This document shows, piece after piece, positions 22,148 to 31,540 of a stretch of DNA of 64,000 nucleotides. The position numbers and the translations under genes were made by a program. This DNA is from Opitutales bacterium (GTDB lineage Bacteria > Verrucomicrobiota > Verrucomicrobiia > Opitutales > UBA9783), in the NCBI GenBank assembly GCA_046881885.1, contig JBKSMP010000003.1, positions 662 to 64,661 of the forward strand. The letters run 5' to 3'. The stretch's first letter is position 1; each line of letters starts with the position of its first letter. The notes beneath the pieces are model-generated. The model saw nothing but the letters and a program-made list of their open reading frames with translations, made no database searches and was not told the DNA's origin.

Positions 22148-22703
22148 TACCGTCTTAAATGCTTTACGACCTCTTTTTAAAATTGAAGGGCAGAAGCAAG
22201 GTCTTGTCTGTGATATTGACACAAATAAAATGTTTTTATGCCGCTTTTTGGGGCCTGGTGTTCAAATATGCGATCAATTTATTTTTTCTTACAGTCGGGC
22301 TCCTTTATGTAATCTAGAAAATAGCCTAGGAACGCCTTTGGGATTACATGTTGTTTGTGAAAAAATAGGTGATGGAGTACCTGTAAATGGTGAATTTATT
22401 GCTCGGAAATTTACAGGACAAATCATTCCAATAGCAAAATCAGAAAATGAAAAAACACGTATAACCACGCGTATAGTACGTTTGCAAGGGATGCAATGGG
22501 GGATTAATAGAGGTATTGATTTAGTAACCCATCGATCTTGTGATACTTATAAACGTTGTGTTTACATCCATGGAACCAATTTGGAGAATTTTATACCTAA
22601 AGCTTTATCGCATGGTTGTTTGTGTTTAAAAACTTCGGATTTATTGCGCTTATTTTCGCAAATAAATATCGGTGATTTTTGTTTAATACTATCTGTAAAA
22701 TAA
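22125..22703 (+). CDS. YkuD-type L,D-transpeptidase-domain protein
   Basis: 192 aa. IHGTNLENFIPKALSHGCLCLKTSDLLRLF contains the catalytic His..SHGC motif. No obvious signal peptide. Confidence 0.7.
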   Translation: MMRTGLFNTVLNALRPLFKIEGQKQGLVCDIDTNKMFLCRFLGPGVQICDQFIFSYSRAPLCNLENSLGTPLGLHVVCEKIGDGVPVNGEFIARKFTGQIIPIAKSENEKTRITTRIVRLQGMQWGINRGIDLVTHRSCDTYKRCVYIHGTNLENFIPKALSHGCLCLKTSDLLRLFSQINIGDFCLILSVK

Positions 22704-22787
22704 ACTTATTACAAAGAGCTTAATTAAAAAGAGATTGCTTTTCCTTTGGAAAAGTTTATTCTTAATTGCTATTAACTTGCGAATTTT

Positions 22788-23582
22788 ATGATGAAGCACA
22801 CTCTTTTAATCAGTTTTATTGTTATAAATACACTACTTTATGGAATCGATATTGCTTGTTTAAAGCAAAATAAGATTTTTTATTTTTTAGATGGAGATAA
22901 GGGCTGTATTAATAAAATTAATGTATACAGCAGGAACATAGATCCTTTGACTATTGATAAAGTTCCTTTGTTTTTAACCGATTTTTGTTGGGGTAGGGAG
23001 CCGACTTATATTTTTTGTGAAGATAAGAAAATCTACAATAGCAATAGTTTTCAGGTGAAATCTTTATTAAGTTCTGCTGGTAAAAAATGTATTTATATTA
23101 CCTTGCAAAACGAAGGTTTGGGTCAAAATCCGCACACAATTACTTGTTTATTTCCTAATTGGCCAGGTTTGGATTCTGTTTCTAATACCGCAGCTTATGA
23201 TTCAAATAGAGGCATTATGTTATTTCCATTGATTCCCAAAAATCCAAAGTGGTATACCAAGCCGAAAGTAACGATTTATACTGATTTTTGGGATGAATTA
23301 AATAATTTTGTTTTAGGTGAAGAATATATTGAAATGACCTTTAACGCTGGAACGCAAGGACATTTATGTATAGCTTTACCATGTTTAGTAAATTTCCATG
23401 AAGATATTTTATCCTTTTTTTGTCCCATGAAGAATGCAGGATTTTCGTTGAATTTACAGACGAGTATCGTTTATTTTTCAGATCAATTGCGTGTTGTTAC
23501 ACCTCCTAAAAAATTTACTTTTTGTATGGATATATGGACACCTCGAACGCAAGTAAAAGGTATAAGTGTGCACGTTTTTTAA
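22788..23582 (+). CDS. Secreted hypothetical protein, paralog 1 of a tandem pair
   Basis: 264 aa. Hydrophobic N-terminus. Shares FPNWPGLDS / GIMLFPLIPKNP / FSLNL blocks with 23622..24359. Confidence 0.65.
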   Translation: MMKHTLLISFIVINTLLYGIDIACLKQNKIFYFLDGDKGCINKINVYSRNIDPLTIDKVPLFLTDFCWGREPTYIFCEDKKIYNSNSFQVKSLLSSAGKKCIYITLQNEGLGQNPHTITCLFPNWPGLDSVSNTAAYDSNRGIMLFPLIPKNPKWYTKPKVTIYTDFWDELNNFVLGEEYIEMTFNAGTQGHLCIALPCLVNFHEDILSFFCPMKNAGFSLNLQTSIVYFSDQLRVVTPPKKFTFCMDIWTPRTQVKGISVHVF

Positions 23583-23621
23583 TAAATTTTAGGATTATTT
23601 GTAGTTTTTAACTTAGAAATT

Positions 23622-24359
23622 ATGAAAAAAAATATACTGCTTATCGTATCGTTGTTAACCCTTAATCTTAACTTACATGCTGGTAAATTATTAAAATACT
23701 TTTTTGATCCATCGACAGCAGCCTTTGCAGATCGACAAGGGGCACCTATACCTATTAATGGTAATTTTTTTCTATTGCCCAATGAAATTGTAAGTAATAA
23801 GAAAATGCTTTCATTGATCAATGTAGATTCACAAAAATGGTTTGGTCTTTCAAGTTATCACATTAAAACTTTAGCAGAACACCAAGGAAAAATAGGATTT
23901 CTTATGGGATTTAAAACCAAAGCAGGAGATAACGGTGTAAGAATTGTTTTTTATTTTGACCAATGGCCGGGATTAAGTAATCTACCTTCTTATTTTTCGC
24001 AAGAAGTAAAAGGGGTTATGTTTTTCCCTTTTTTCCCTAAAGAGCCTAGTGTTGATTTTGTTTATTTACAAAAGCATGTTAAAGTGCCGTGTGTACAAGC
24101 TAAATCTTGGGAAGTTTTACCGCCGTATAAGAGTGTAGCTTTCCCTTGTTATGTTCTTTTTGAGCGAGATAGACTTGTTTTTAGCATGTCTCCTAATGGT
24201 CCATATTTTACCTTAAACCTAGAAGGCAAAGAGGCCGTTTTTCAGCGAACATTTACTAGGAAATCAAGAGATGGTAAAACTACTTGTACGAGCGGGCCAG
24301 TGGGGATAACCAAGGCTTACAAATTAAGTACGTTTAATGTGAATATATATGAAAATTAG
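23622..24359 (+). CDS. Secreted hypothetical protein, paralog 2 of a tandem pair
   Basis: 245 aa. Signal peptide MKKNILLIVSLLTLNLNLHA. Blocks FDQWPGLSN / GVMFFPFFPKEP / FTLNL. Confidence 0.65.
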   Translation: MKKNILLIVSLLTLNLNLHAGKLLKYFFDPSTAAFADRQGAPIPINGNFFLLPNEIVSNKKMLSLINVDSQKWFGLSSYHIKTLAEHQGKIGFLMGFKTKAGDNGVRIVFYFDQWPGLSNLPSYFSQEVKGVMFFPFFPKEPSVDFVYLQKHVKVPCVQAKSWEVLPPYKSVAFPCYVLFERDRLVFSMSPNGPYFTLNLEGKEAVFQRTFTRKSRDGKTTCTSGPVGITKAYKLSTFNVNIYEN

Positions 24360-24363
24360 AATG

Positions 24364-25470
24364 CTATTTCTTTAGCCTTTGAGGAAGTGGTTTTGTAATG
24401 GAAAAACTTTCTTCAAAGAGTAAGAAAAGTTGACGTTGTAGGACTTTGCCGATAAAAGGATTACCTCGATTATCCCATTCAAGCGTATTGCGATTGCCAT
24501 GACGAGTACATTCATTGCGATCGCTATAATTAATAGAAAACTTTTGCGTTATCGAGTGGTATAATGGGGTCCATTTTAGAGGGACTCCTAGCCAATTAAA
24601 AGCGGTTTTCCAACCTTGAAGCTTTTTTTTGTTGTCGATAGGGCTTACTAATAAACTAGGGTTTTGTTTTATAAATTCGGGAACTTTTGAAGTTGCAATC
24701 GTGCATTCAAATGCAATCGTTTGTTCTTTGATGAATTCAGAAAATGGTTTACCTAGACGATAAAAGGCTAGAGGATCTAAACCTACTAAATTAAGTCCAT
24801 TCCAAGCTCCATGGTAATTAGGAGTTCCAAATTTTTGCATCCGATACCAATGAGCAAAAGATGTTTCGGACCCTAATTGTAAACCAATTTCGAAATGTAA
24901 ATGGGCTAGATGTATGGGGATTTTAAAATTGGAGGTATTGCCTAGGGTTCCCAGTAAAGTTCCTTTGTTGATGGATTGATTGGTTTTTAATGTGTTTGAA
25001 ATAGATGCAAGATGGGCATAAAGCGTATAAAATTGCAGACCAGCTTCGTTATGTTTTAAAATGATGTAATTACCATAAGCACTTCGTCCAGGTTTGGCAT
25101 TGATATAGGCAATTTTTCCTGGAAGTATGGCATAAACAGAATCTAAAGGTATTTGTTTGCGAGTACGTTTGATGGCTTTTATGTCAATACCTTCGTGAAA
25201 CTTATGTCCATTGTTCCGAACACAGCCAAAAGTTCCTGATTCAGGTTTTCCAGAGGCAGTTGCTTGAATATAACACGCTAAACCTTGACCTTGTTCAAAG
25301 GCTTTGTTGTCGGTTGGCCAACGAGGGGATTCAAGAGTTAAAGCAGGTTTTACTTGAGTTGATGTCGGTTGTTTTATGGTTGAAGAGGCTCCTTGGCAAT
25401 AAAAAGTAAAAAGGTAGATTGACGTAGCAAAAAATTTTAGGCAAAACTTTACCATAGTATTAATCATCAT
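24364..25470 (-). CDS. M23-family (LytM-type) peptidoglycan endopeptidase with C-terminal extension
   Basis: 368 aa. Signal-like N-terminus, HEGIDI and AHLHFEI zinc-ligand motifs. Confidence 0.8.
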   Translation of the reverse strand: MMINTMVKFCLKFFATSIYLFTFYCQGASSTIKQPTSTQVKPALTLESPRWPTDNKAFEQGQGLACYIQATASGKPESGTFGCVRNNGHKFHEGIDIKAIKRTRKQIPLDSVYAILPGKIAYINAKPGRSAYGNYIILKHNEAGLQFYTLYAHLASISNTLKTNQSINKGTLLGTLGNTSNFKIPIHLAHLHFEIGLQLGSETSFAHWYRMQKFGTPNYHGAWNGLNLVGLDPLAFYRLGKPFSEFIKEQTIAFECTIATSKVPEFIKQNPSLLVSPIDNKKKLQGWKTAFNWLGVPLKWTPLYHSITQKFSINYSDRNECTRHGNRNTLEWDNRGNPFIGKVLQRQLFLLFEESFSITKPLPQRLKK

Positions 25471-26446
25471 GACATCTGCCCTTAAAAGTCAAATCAATAA
25501 AATTTTAGACAAAATTCCATCGCTTAACATTTTAGTGGTAGGCGATTGTATGTTAGATCATTATTTATGGGGGGATGTACATCGTATTTCACCGGAAGCG
25601 CCTGTTCCTGTTGTTAAAATAGAGCGTGATACCTATCGTTTAGGAGGGGCTTGTAACGTAGCTTTAAACCTGAAGAGTTTAGGTGCTCAAGTGGAATTAA
25701 TGGGACCTATGGGAAAAGATGCGGCAGGCTCACAAATGCAGCAATTATTAAAGGATGCTGCGATAAGAGTGGATACGGCTAATTTTCGTGAAGATTTGAC
25801 GAGTGTGGTTAAATCGCGTGTTATTGCAAGAAATCAGCAATTGTGTCGTTTGGATCGTGATACAATTTTAGAAGAAACCGCAACGGCATATTTTGAAGAA
25901 ATTTTAGAAGAAAAAGTTGAGAATGTGGATGCAGTTCTTGTTTCAGATTATGCAAAGGGAGCCGTTACACAGCGTTTATTGGATCGTTTGGTGGCATTAA
26001 AACAACAGTATTCTTTTTTCTTAGCGATGGATCCTAAGCCTACACATGCGTTGAGCTATAGTGGTTTGGATCTTTTAAAGCCCAATCGTTCTGAGGCTTT
26101 ATTGTTGAGTGGTTTGACGTCTGGAAGTGCCGTTTCTGTTCAAAAGGTTGCTGAGCTTATTAGGCAAAAATATGCTATTCAAACTTTAGCCATTACCTTA
26201 GGAGAAGAAGGATTGGCTTTATCTTCTTTGGAAAATTCTTGTCAGATTTATCCCACACTTTCACGGGAAGTTTTCGATGTTTCTGGGGCAGGAGATACCG
26301 CATTGGCGGCCCTTACATTGGCTTTTTGTACAGAAGTTTCGGAAGAAGCTGCTGCATTTTTTGCTAATTGTGCTTCAAGTGTGGTGGTTGGAAAGTTGGG
26401 AACAGCTACAGTTACTCCGGAGGAGATTTTGAATGAGATTGCATAA
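25469..26446 (+). CDS. hldA: D-glycero-beta-D-manno-heptose-7-phosphate kinase (RfaE domain I-type, PfkB family)
   Basis: 325 aa. GDCMLDHYLWGDVHRISPEAPVPVV, DVSGAGDT. Confidence 0.85.
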   Translation: MTSALKSQINKILDKIPSLNILVVGDCMLDHYLWGDVHRISPEAPVPVVKIERDTYRLGGACNVALNLKSLGAQVELMGPMGKDAAGSQMQQLLKDAAIRVDTANFREDLTSVVKSRVIARNQQLCRLDRDTILEETATAYFEEILEEKVENVDAVLVSDYAKGAVTQRLLDRLVALKQQYSFFLAMDPKPTHALSYSGLDLLKPNRSEALLLSGLTSGSAVSVQKVAELIRQKYAIQTLAITLGEEGLALSSLENSCQIYPTLSREVFDVSGAGDTALAALTLAFCTEVSEEAAAFFANCASSVVVGKLGTATVTPEEILNEIA

Positions 26447-26954
26447 GCCTCCATTGGCTTTGTTTTTGGATCGTGATGGAACCTTGATTGTTGATGAAGG
26501 TTATTTATCGGATCCGCAACAAGTGTGCTTATTGCCTGAAGTTCGAGAAACATTGGCTGTTTTAAAGTCACAGGGTGCACTCTTCTTTTTACATTCCAAT
26601 CAGAGTGGAGTTGGACGAGGTTATTATACGCTTAAAGAAGCAGAGGCTTGTAATCAACGCATGCTGGATCTTTTAGGCTTAGGAAATGATTTATTTACCG
26701 AAGTTTGCTTGGCAACAGGTACTCCAGAAAATCCTTGTCCTTACCGTAAACCTTCGCCACGCTTTATTTTAGAATGTATCCAAAAATATCATTTAGATCC
26801 TGAAAAGTGTTGGATGGTGGGGGATCGTTTATGTGATGTGGAAGCAGGTTTAGCTGCACATATAAACGCTATTTGTTTGGACCCAAAGGTAGAGATTCCT
26901 GTTGAAGGACACCATTGTCACTCTTTTGGTGAAATCTTGAATTTAGTACGGTAA
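26433..26954 (+). CDS. gmhB: D,D-heptose 1,7-bisphosphate phosphatase (HAD)
   Basis: 173 aa. FLDRDGTLIVDEGYL, HSNQSGVGRGYYT, MVGDRLCD. Confidence 0.85.
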   Translation: MRLHKPPLALFLDRDGTLIVDEGYLSDPQQVCLLPEVRETLAVLKSQGALFFLHSNQSGVGRGYYTLKEAEACNQRMLDLLGLGNDLFTEVCLATGTPENPCPYRKPSPRFILECIQKYHLDPEKCWMVGDRLCDVEAGLAAHINAICLDPKVEIPVEGHHCHSFGEILNLVR

Positions 26955-27089
26955 AATGAGGATGCGTTTTTGTTATTTAAAGTGATTTTTGTTTAAAAAT
27001 ACATACTATTTTGTTAGTTTTATAAGTTTTAAACAAGTACTATTGCTTTTCCCTTGCTTTATTTAGTTATTTCGGCACTATTTTTATAA

Positions 27090-28010
27090 ATGCTTAGTTT
27101 ATGTAGCAAACGGTTTTTAGATGCGCTTATTGTACTTTTTTGTTTAATGACGCTTACATTTTTTCTGGTGCGTTTTGTGCCGGGAGGGCCATTTGACTGT
27201 GAGCATGGGTTGGCAAAAGAAACCGAAGAAGCACTAGCAAAATTTTACGGCTACGATATGCCGTTAGGTAAGCAGTATATTCATTATTGTTCGCATTTGT
27301 TGCAAGGGGATTTTGGACCTTCGATGCGGTATCCAGGTTGTTCGGTTAATCAATTATTGAAGGAACATATACCGGTTAGTATTGAATTAGGTTTTTGGGC
27401 TATTTTAATTGCAGTGATAATTGGAGGAAGTTGTGGTTTGTTGGCTGCAGCTTTTCATAATTCATGGTTAGATAGGATTTTAATGAGCGGATGTTTGCTG
27501 GGACTTAGCTTACCTACATTTGTTTTAGGACCTATTCTTTTGTGGATTTTTGCACTAAAATGGGAATGGTTTCAAGCGGTGGGTTGGGATCATTGGAGCG
27601 ATTGTATTTTACCTTCACTTACCTTAACGTGTATGTATTCAGGTTATATTGCTCGATTGATGCGTACAGCTTGCTTAGATACACTCGCACAAGATTTTAT
27701 TCGAACAGCTCGCGCTAAAGGGGTAGGGGAGATTAGGCTTTTATTGTGCCATGTTTTAAAAAATGCGCTTGGACCTGTATTAACTTATTTAGGACCTGCA
27801 GCAGCAGCTATTATGAGTGGTTCGTTAGTCATTGAATCTCTTTTTCAAATTCCAGGTGCAGGTTCTTTATTTATCTCAGCAATTGGACAACGAGATATTT
27901 CTTTGGTTTTAGGAACGGTACTTTATTTTGCTGTACTTATTCTTCTGTTTAATCTTTTAGTAGATATAGGTTTATTTTATTGTAATCCTAAGCAAAGGAT
28001 GAATAAATGA
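27090..28010 (+). CDS. Peptide/nickel-type ABC transporter permease (OppB/DppB-like)
   Basis: 306 aa, 6 TM. FLVRFVPGGPF start region, FIRTARAKG loop. Confidence 0.8.
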   Translation: MLSLCSKRFLDALIVLFCLMTLTFFLVRFVPGGPFDCEHGLAKETEEALAKFYGYDMPLGKQYIHYCSHLLQGDFGPSMRYPGCSVNQLLKEHIPVSIELGFWAILIAVIIGGSCGLLAAAFHNSWLDRILMSGCLLGLSLPTFVLGPILLWIFALKWEWFQAVGWDHWSDCILPSLTLTCMYSGYIARLMRTACLDTLAQDFIRTARAKGVGEIRLLLCHVLKNALGPVLTYLGPAAAAIMSGSLVIESLFQIPGAGSLFISAIGQRDISLVLGTVLYFAVLILLFNLLVDIGLFYCNPKQRMNK

Positions 28011-28828
28011 GAGGTTTTGTTAAAGATTTAAGGAAAAATCCTTGGCTTTATTTTCATTTAGGAATTTTGTTGTTTATTGGAATCGTTTGCTTTGTAGGGC
28101 CTTTTTTTTATCATCAAGATTATAGAACGCAAAATCTCCTTTTAGGGGCACAAGTACCCTCTAGTGAGCATATTCTTGGTACAGATGCTCTTGGAAGAGA
28201 TTTGTTAGCGCGTTTATTGTATGGTGGACGTATTTCTATTATCATTGGTTTTTTAGCGAGTGCAATAGCCATCGTCATAGGGCTTGTTTATGGAAGTTTA
28301 GCGGGGTTTATGGGAGGTACTATTGATCGTATTATGATGCGTATTATTGATATTCTCTATCCATTGCCTTTTACGCTTTTAATTATTTTAGTGATGTCGT
28401 TGGGAGGTAGGCATTTGTTTTTACTTATTTTAACAATGGGCTGTTTTAAGTGGTTAACGATGGCTCGAATGGTGCGTGCTCAAGTTATGAATTTGAAACT
28501 AAGTACATTTGTGCAATGTTCGCAAAGTATGGGGCAATCGGCTTGGGGGATTTGGTGTAAGCACATTTTCCCGAATTTAGTTAGTATTTTACTAGTGTAC
28601 GGAACTTTGTTATTACCTAATATTATATTAGAAGAAGCCTTTGTAAGTTTCTTAGGTCTTGGCGTACAACCTCCTATGAGTTCTTGGGGTGTTCTTATCT
28701 TAGAAGGCGCACGACAAATGGAAACATGCCCCTGGTTACTTTTGTTTCCTTGCTTGTTTTTTTCTTTAACCTTATTTTTGCTTAACTTTTTAGGTGATTG
28801 CTTAAGAGATAAATGGGGAATTAAATAA
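28007..28828 (+). CDS. Peptide/nickel-type ABC transporter permease (OppC/DppC-like)
   Basis: 273 aa. HILGTDALGRDLLARLLYGGR. 4-nt overlap with the upstream permease. Confidence 0.8.
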   Translation: MRGFVKDLRKNPWLYFHLGILLFIGIVCFVGPFFYHQDYRTQNLLLGAQVPSSEHILGTDALGRDLLARLLYGGRISIIIGFLASAIAIVIGLVYGSLAGFMGGTIDRIMMRIIDILYPLPFTLLIILVMSLGGRHLFLLILTMGCFKWLTMARMVRAQVMNLKLSTFVQCSQSMGQSAWGIWCKHIFPNLVSILLVYGTLLLPNIILEEAFVSFLGLGVQPPMSSWGVLILEGARQMETCPWLLLFPCLFFSLTLFLLNFLGDCLRDKWGIK

Positions 28829-28833
28829 CAAAA

Positions 28834-28857
28834 AGAGACCTTTTAAGGTCTCTTTTT
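28834..28857 (+). terminator. Rho-independent terminator after the permease pair
   Basis: agagacc-tttta-ggtctct followed by ttttt. Confidence 0.65.
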
Positions 28858-29012
28858 ATTATTGGGTTTCTTTTTTTTAAATATCAGTAAAAGTTAATAG
28901 ATCGCCAGCTTTATAATTTTCAGTAGCTAAAACCTGTGTATTTGGATTTTGATGTTTTTACTGCTTTTATAAGTATCTGAAGAACAACAATGTAAATAAT
29001 AGTATAAAAAAG

Positions 29013-30923
29013 ATGTTTAAATTTGCAAAAAAGAACTTGCAAGATATTTGGAAGTTCTACATTGTAGGGGCCATGAATAATGTTGAAGGACAAGGTGAAG
29101 CGTTGAAACGATTGCGCCATTCAGCTGCCCATATTCTAGGAGCTGCTGTTTTGCGTTTGTTTCCAAGTGCTAAATACGATATTGGTCCGTCTATTGAAAA
29201 CGGATTTTATTATGATTTTGATTTGCCGCGAACTTTGACAGCGAAAGATTTAGAAGTTATCGAAGCAGAAATGCGGAAGATTATTGCTGAAAACTTTCCT
29301 TTTGAGCGTTTAGAAGTTTCGCGTGCAGAGGCTCAAAAACAAATGGAAGCTTTAGGTCAAACTTACAAGCTAGAACGTTTGGCAGATATTCCTGAAGGTG
29401 AAATTGTTTCCTTATATCGCAATGGAGAGTTTTTAGATTTGTGTCGTGGGCCTCATGTGGCTAATACTGGCGATGTAAAAGCTATAAAATTGTTGAGTAT
29501 TGCTGCCTGTTATTATCGCGGAGATGAACGCAATCAGCAATTACAACGTATTTATGGAACAGCCTTCTTTTCCGAAGCAGATTTGGAGAATTATCTTAAA
29601 CAACTCGAGCTTGCCAAAGAACGTGATCATCGCAAGCTTGGAGTTAAGTTAAATCTGTTCACTATTGATAATTTGGTGGGGCAAGGCCTTGTTTTGTGGA
29701 CTCCTAAAGGTACTATTTTACGTAGAAATCTGCAGTCTTTCCTTGAAAAGGAGCTTGAAAAACAAGGATATGTTCAGGTAATGACCCCCCATATTGGGAA
29801 GCTGGATTTGTTTAAGGTTTCCGGTCATTATCCGTATTACAAAGACTCGCAATTTGCGCCTATTTGGGAACGCGATAGTTGGAACAAAGCGCTTGAAAGC
29901 TCAGAATCTTGTGAGGCGTTTCGTCAACACCTAGAAGAACAAGTAGACGTTGAAGGTTTTCTTTTGAAGCCGATGAATTGTCCCATGCATGTTCGTTTGT
30001 ATGCTTCGCAACCGCACTCTTACCGTGATTTGCCAGTTCGAATGGCTGAGTTTGGTACTGTTTACCGCTGGGAGCAATCAGGTGAATTAGGTGGCTTAAC
30101 TCGTGTACGTGGGTTTACACAAGATGATGCCCATATTTTCTGTACAGAAGATCAGCTAGAGGATGAATTAGTCGGTTGTTTAAAGCTTATTAATGTTATC
30201 TTTACAACTCTGGGTATGAGTGATTATCGAGTTCGTATTTCTTTGAGAGATCCGGAGTCGGATAAGTATATCGGGGATGATGCTTTGTGGGAAAAAGCGG
30301 AAAATGGTCTTCGTAAGGCCGCACAGCATTTAGATAAGCCCGCTGTTGAAGCTAAGGGAGAAGCTGCTTTTTACGGTCCTAAATTGGACTTTATCGTTCG
30401 TGATGTGTTAGGTCGTGAGTGGCAGTTGGGAACTATCCAGGTAGACTATAATTTACCAAGTCGCTTCAAAATTAGTTACGTGGGCTCCGATAATCAAGCG
30501 CATACACCGATTATGATCCATCGTGCACCTTTTGGTTCTATGGAGCGTTTTTGTGGCTTGTTGATCGAACATTTTGGTGGCGATTTCCCATTGTGGCTTT
30601 CCCCTGAACAAGTTCGTATTTTGCCAATCAATGATAGCTTGATTCCTTATGCAGACGAAATTTGTGCGCAGCTAAAAGCCTTGCAAATTCGTTGTACCGT
30701 AGATGATCATTCAGAGAAATTAGGAGCCAAAATTCGCCAAGCTGAAAGCGATAAAGTGCCTTATGTCTTTGTTGTTGGTGAGAAGGAAAAAGAAGTACGA
30801 TCAGTTTCTGTCCGTTCGCGTTGCCAACCCAGCAATAACGGTACTCACACCATCGAGGCTATCCTTGAACTCCTTCAAAAGGAAATTCAAGACCGCCTAT
30901 TACCGGAGTCTATGCGTAAGTAA
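29013..30923 (+). CDS. thrS: Threonyl-tRNA synthetase lacking the N-terminal TGS domain
   Basis: 636-aa ORF. RHSAAHILGAAV (editing domain) begins about 35 aa in. Class II core (MAEFGTVYRWEQSG, GFTQDDAHIF). The true start may be the ATG at 29073. Confidence 0.9.
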   Translation: MFKFAKKNLQDIWKFYIVGAMNNVEGQGEALKRLRHSAAHILGAAVLRLFPSAKYDIGPSIENGFYYDFDLPRTLTAKDLEVIEAEMRKIIAENFPFERLEVSRAEAQKQMEALGQTYKLERLADIPEGEIVSLYRNGEFLDLCRGPHVANTGDVKAIKLLSIAACYYRGDERNQQLQRIYGTAFFSEADLENYLKQLELAKERDHRKLGVKLNLFTIDNLVGQGLVLWTPKGTILRRNLQSFLEKELEKQGYVQVMTPHIGKLDLFKVSGHYPYYKDSQFAPIWERDSWNKALESSESCEAFRQHLEEQVDVEGFLLKPMNCPMHVRLYASQPHSYRDLPVRMAEFGTVYRWEQSGELGGLTRVRGFTQDDAHIFCTEDQLEDELVGCLKLINVIFTTLGMSDYRVRISLRDPESDKYIGDDALWEKAENGLRKAAQHLDKPAVEAKGEAAFYGPKLDFIVRDVLGREWQLGTIQVDYNLPSRFKISYVGSDNQAHTPIMIHRAPFGSMERFCGLLIEHFGGDFPLWLSPEQVRILPINDSLIPYADEICAQLKALQIRCTVDDHSEKLGAKIRQAESDKVPYVFVVGEKEKEVRSVSVRSRCQPSNNGTHTIEAILELLQKEIQDRLLPESMRK

Positions 30924-30933
30924 GTTTAGATTG

Positions 30934-30959
30934 AGGGGGATAATTCCCCCTTATTTTTT
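30934..30959 (+). terminator. Rho-independent terminator of thrS
   Basis: aggggga-taat-tccccct followed by tatttttt. Confidence 0.7.
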
Positions 30960-31076
30960 ATTTCTTCTTAAACGAATTTAATGATGATTTAAAAAAATGA
31001 AGAAATTTTAAGAAAATCCGTATTTGAATTTTTTAAAATTTAAAGCTTTTCAGAATATGGCATATATTTTGCTTTA

Positions 31077-31412
31077 TTGTATGATATGGTTGGTAGTGTT
31101 GGTGGTTATGATAGCAAGAATTATAATCTAGATAATTTGACTAATAATGCGCAAAGTGCACTGCAATCTGCGGCAAAGAAAAAGCTCAAAAATCCTATTA
31201 CTTCGTTTTTTAGAAAAACGTTTGCTAGTGAACGTCATAAAGCGCTGGAAAGTATGTCCCAAGGAGACTTTACTCAACGTGCTAACGTTAAGCCACGATT
31301 TAAAACTTTTGAATTTGGAAAAGCTTATTCTAAAATGGAAATACAGGTTACGAACCTCTTTAACGCCGAAACTAAGGATGGGTTTTATGAAAAAAGGTTG
31401 ATTAGTTTTTGA
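31077..31412 (+). CDS. Hypothetical protein (orphan); likely start is the ATG at 31086
   Basis: 111 aa with protein-like composition. A plus-strand terminator lies downstream at 31511..31540. It competes with overlapping ORFs in other frames. Confidence 0.4.
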   Translation: MYDMVGSVGGYDSKNYNLDNLTNNAQSALQSAAKKKLKNPITSFFRKTFASERHKALESMSQGDFTQRANVKPRFKTFEFGKAYSKMEIQVTNLFNAETKDGFYEKRLISF

Positions 31413-31510
31413 ATAGATAATGTTAAAAAAGATTGAAGTGCAAGAATTTTCTAAGTTTAATTCGCATTTTGTTACAGACCAACTCCACATAAAGATTAGC
31501 AAGTGTAGGA

Positions 31511-31540
31511 CCACAGGTTCTACCTGTGGATTTCTATTTC
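31511..31540 (+). terminator. Hairpin plus T-rich tract overlapping the dapF stop codon
   Basis: ccacagg-ttcta-cctgtgg followed by atttctatttct. Confidence 0.5.

Noticed and set aside
31128-31514. 128-aa minus-strand ORF starting 5 nt after dapF, considered as the last gene of the mre-dapF operon.
   Set aside because: Its F/S/K/L-rich sequence is typical of antisense AT-rich DNA. The opposite strand has a more plausible ORF with its own terminator. The question is kept open in the findings.
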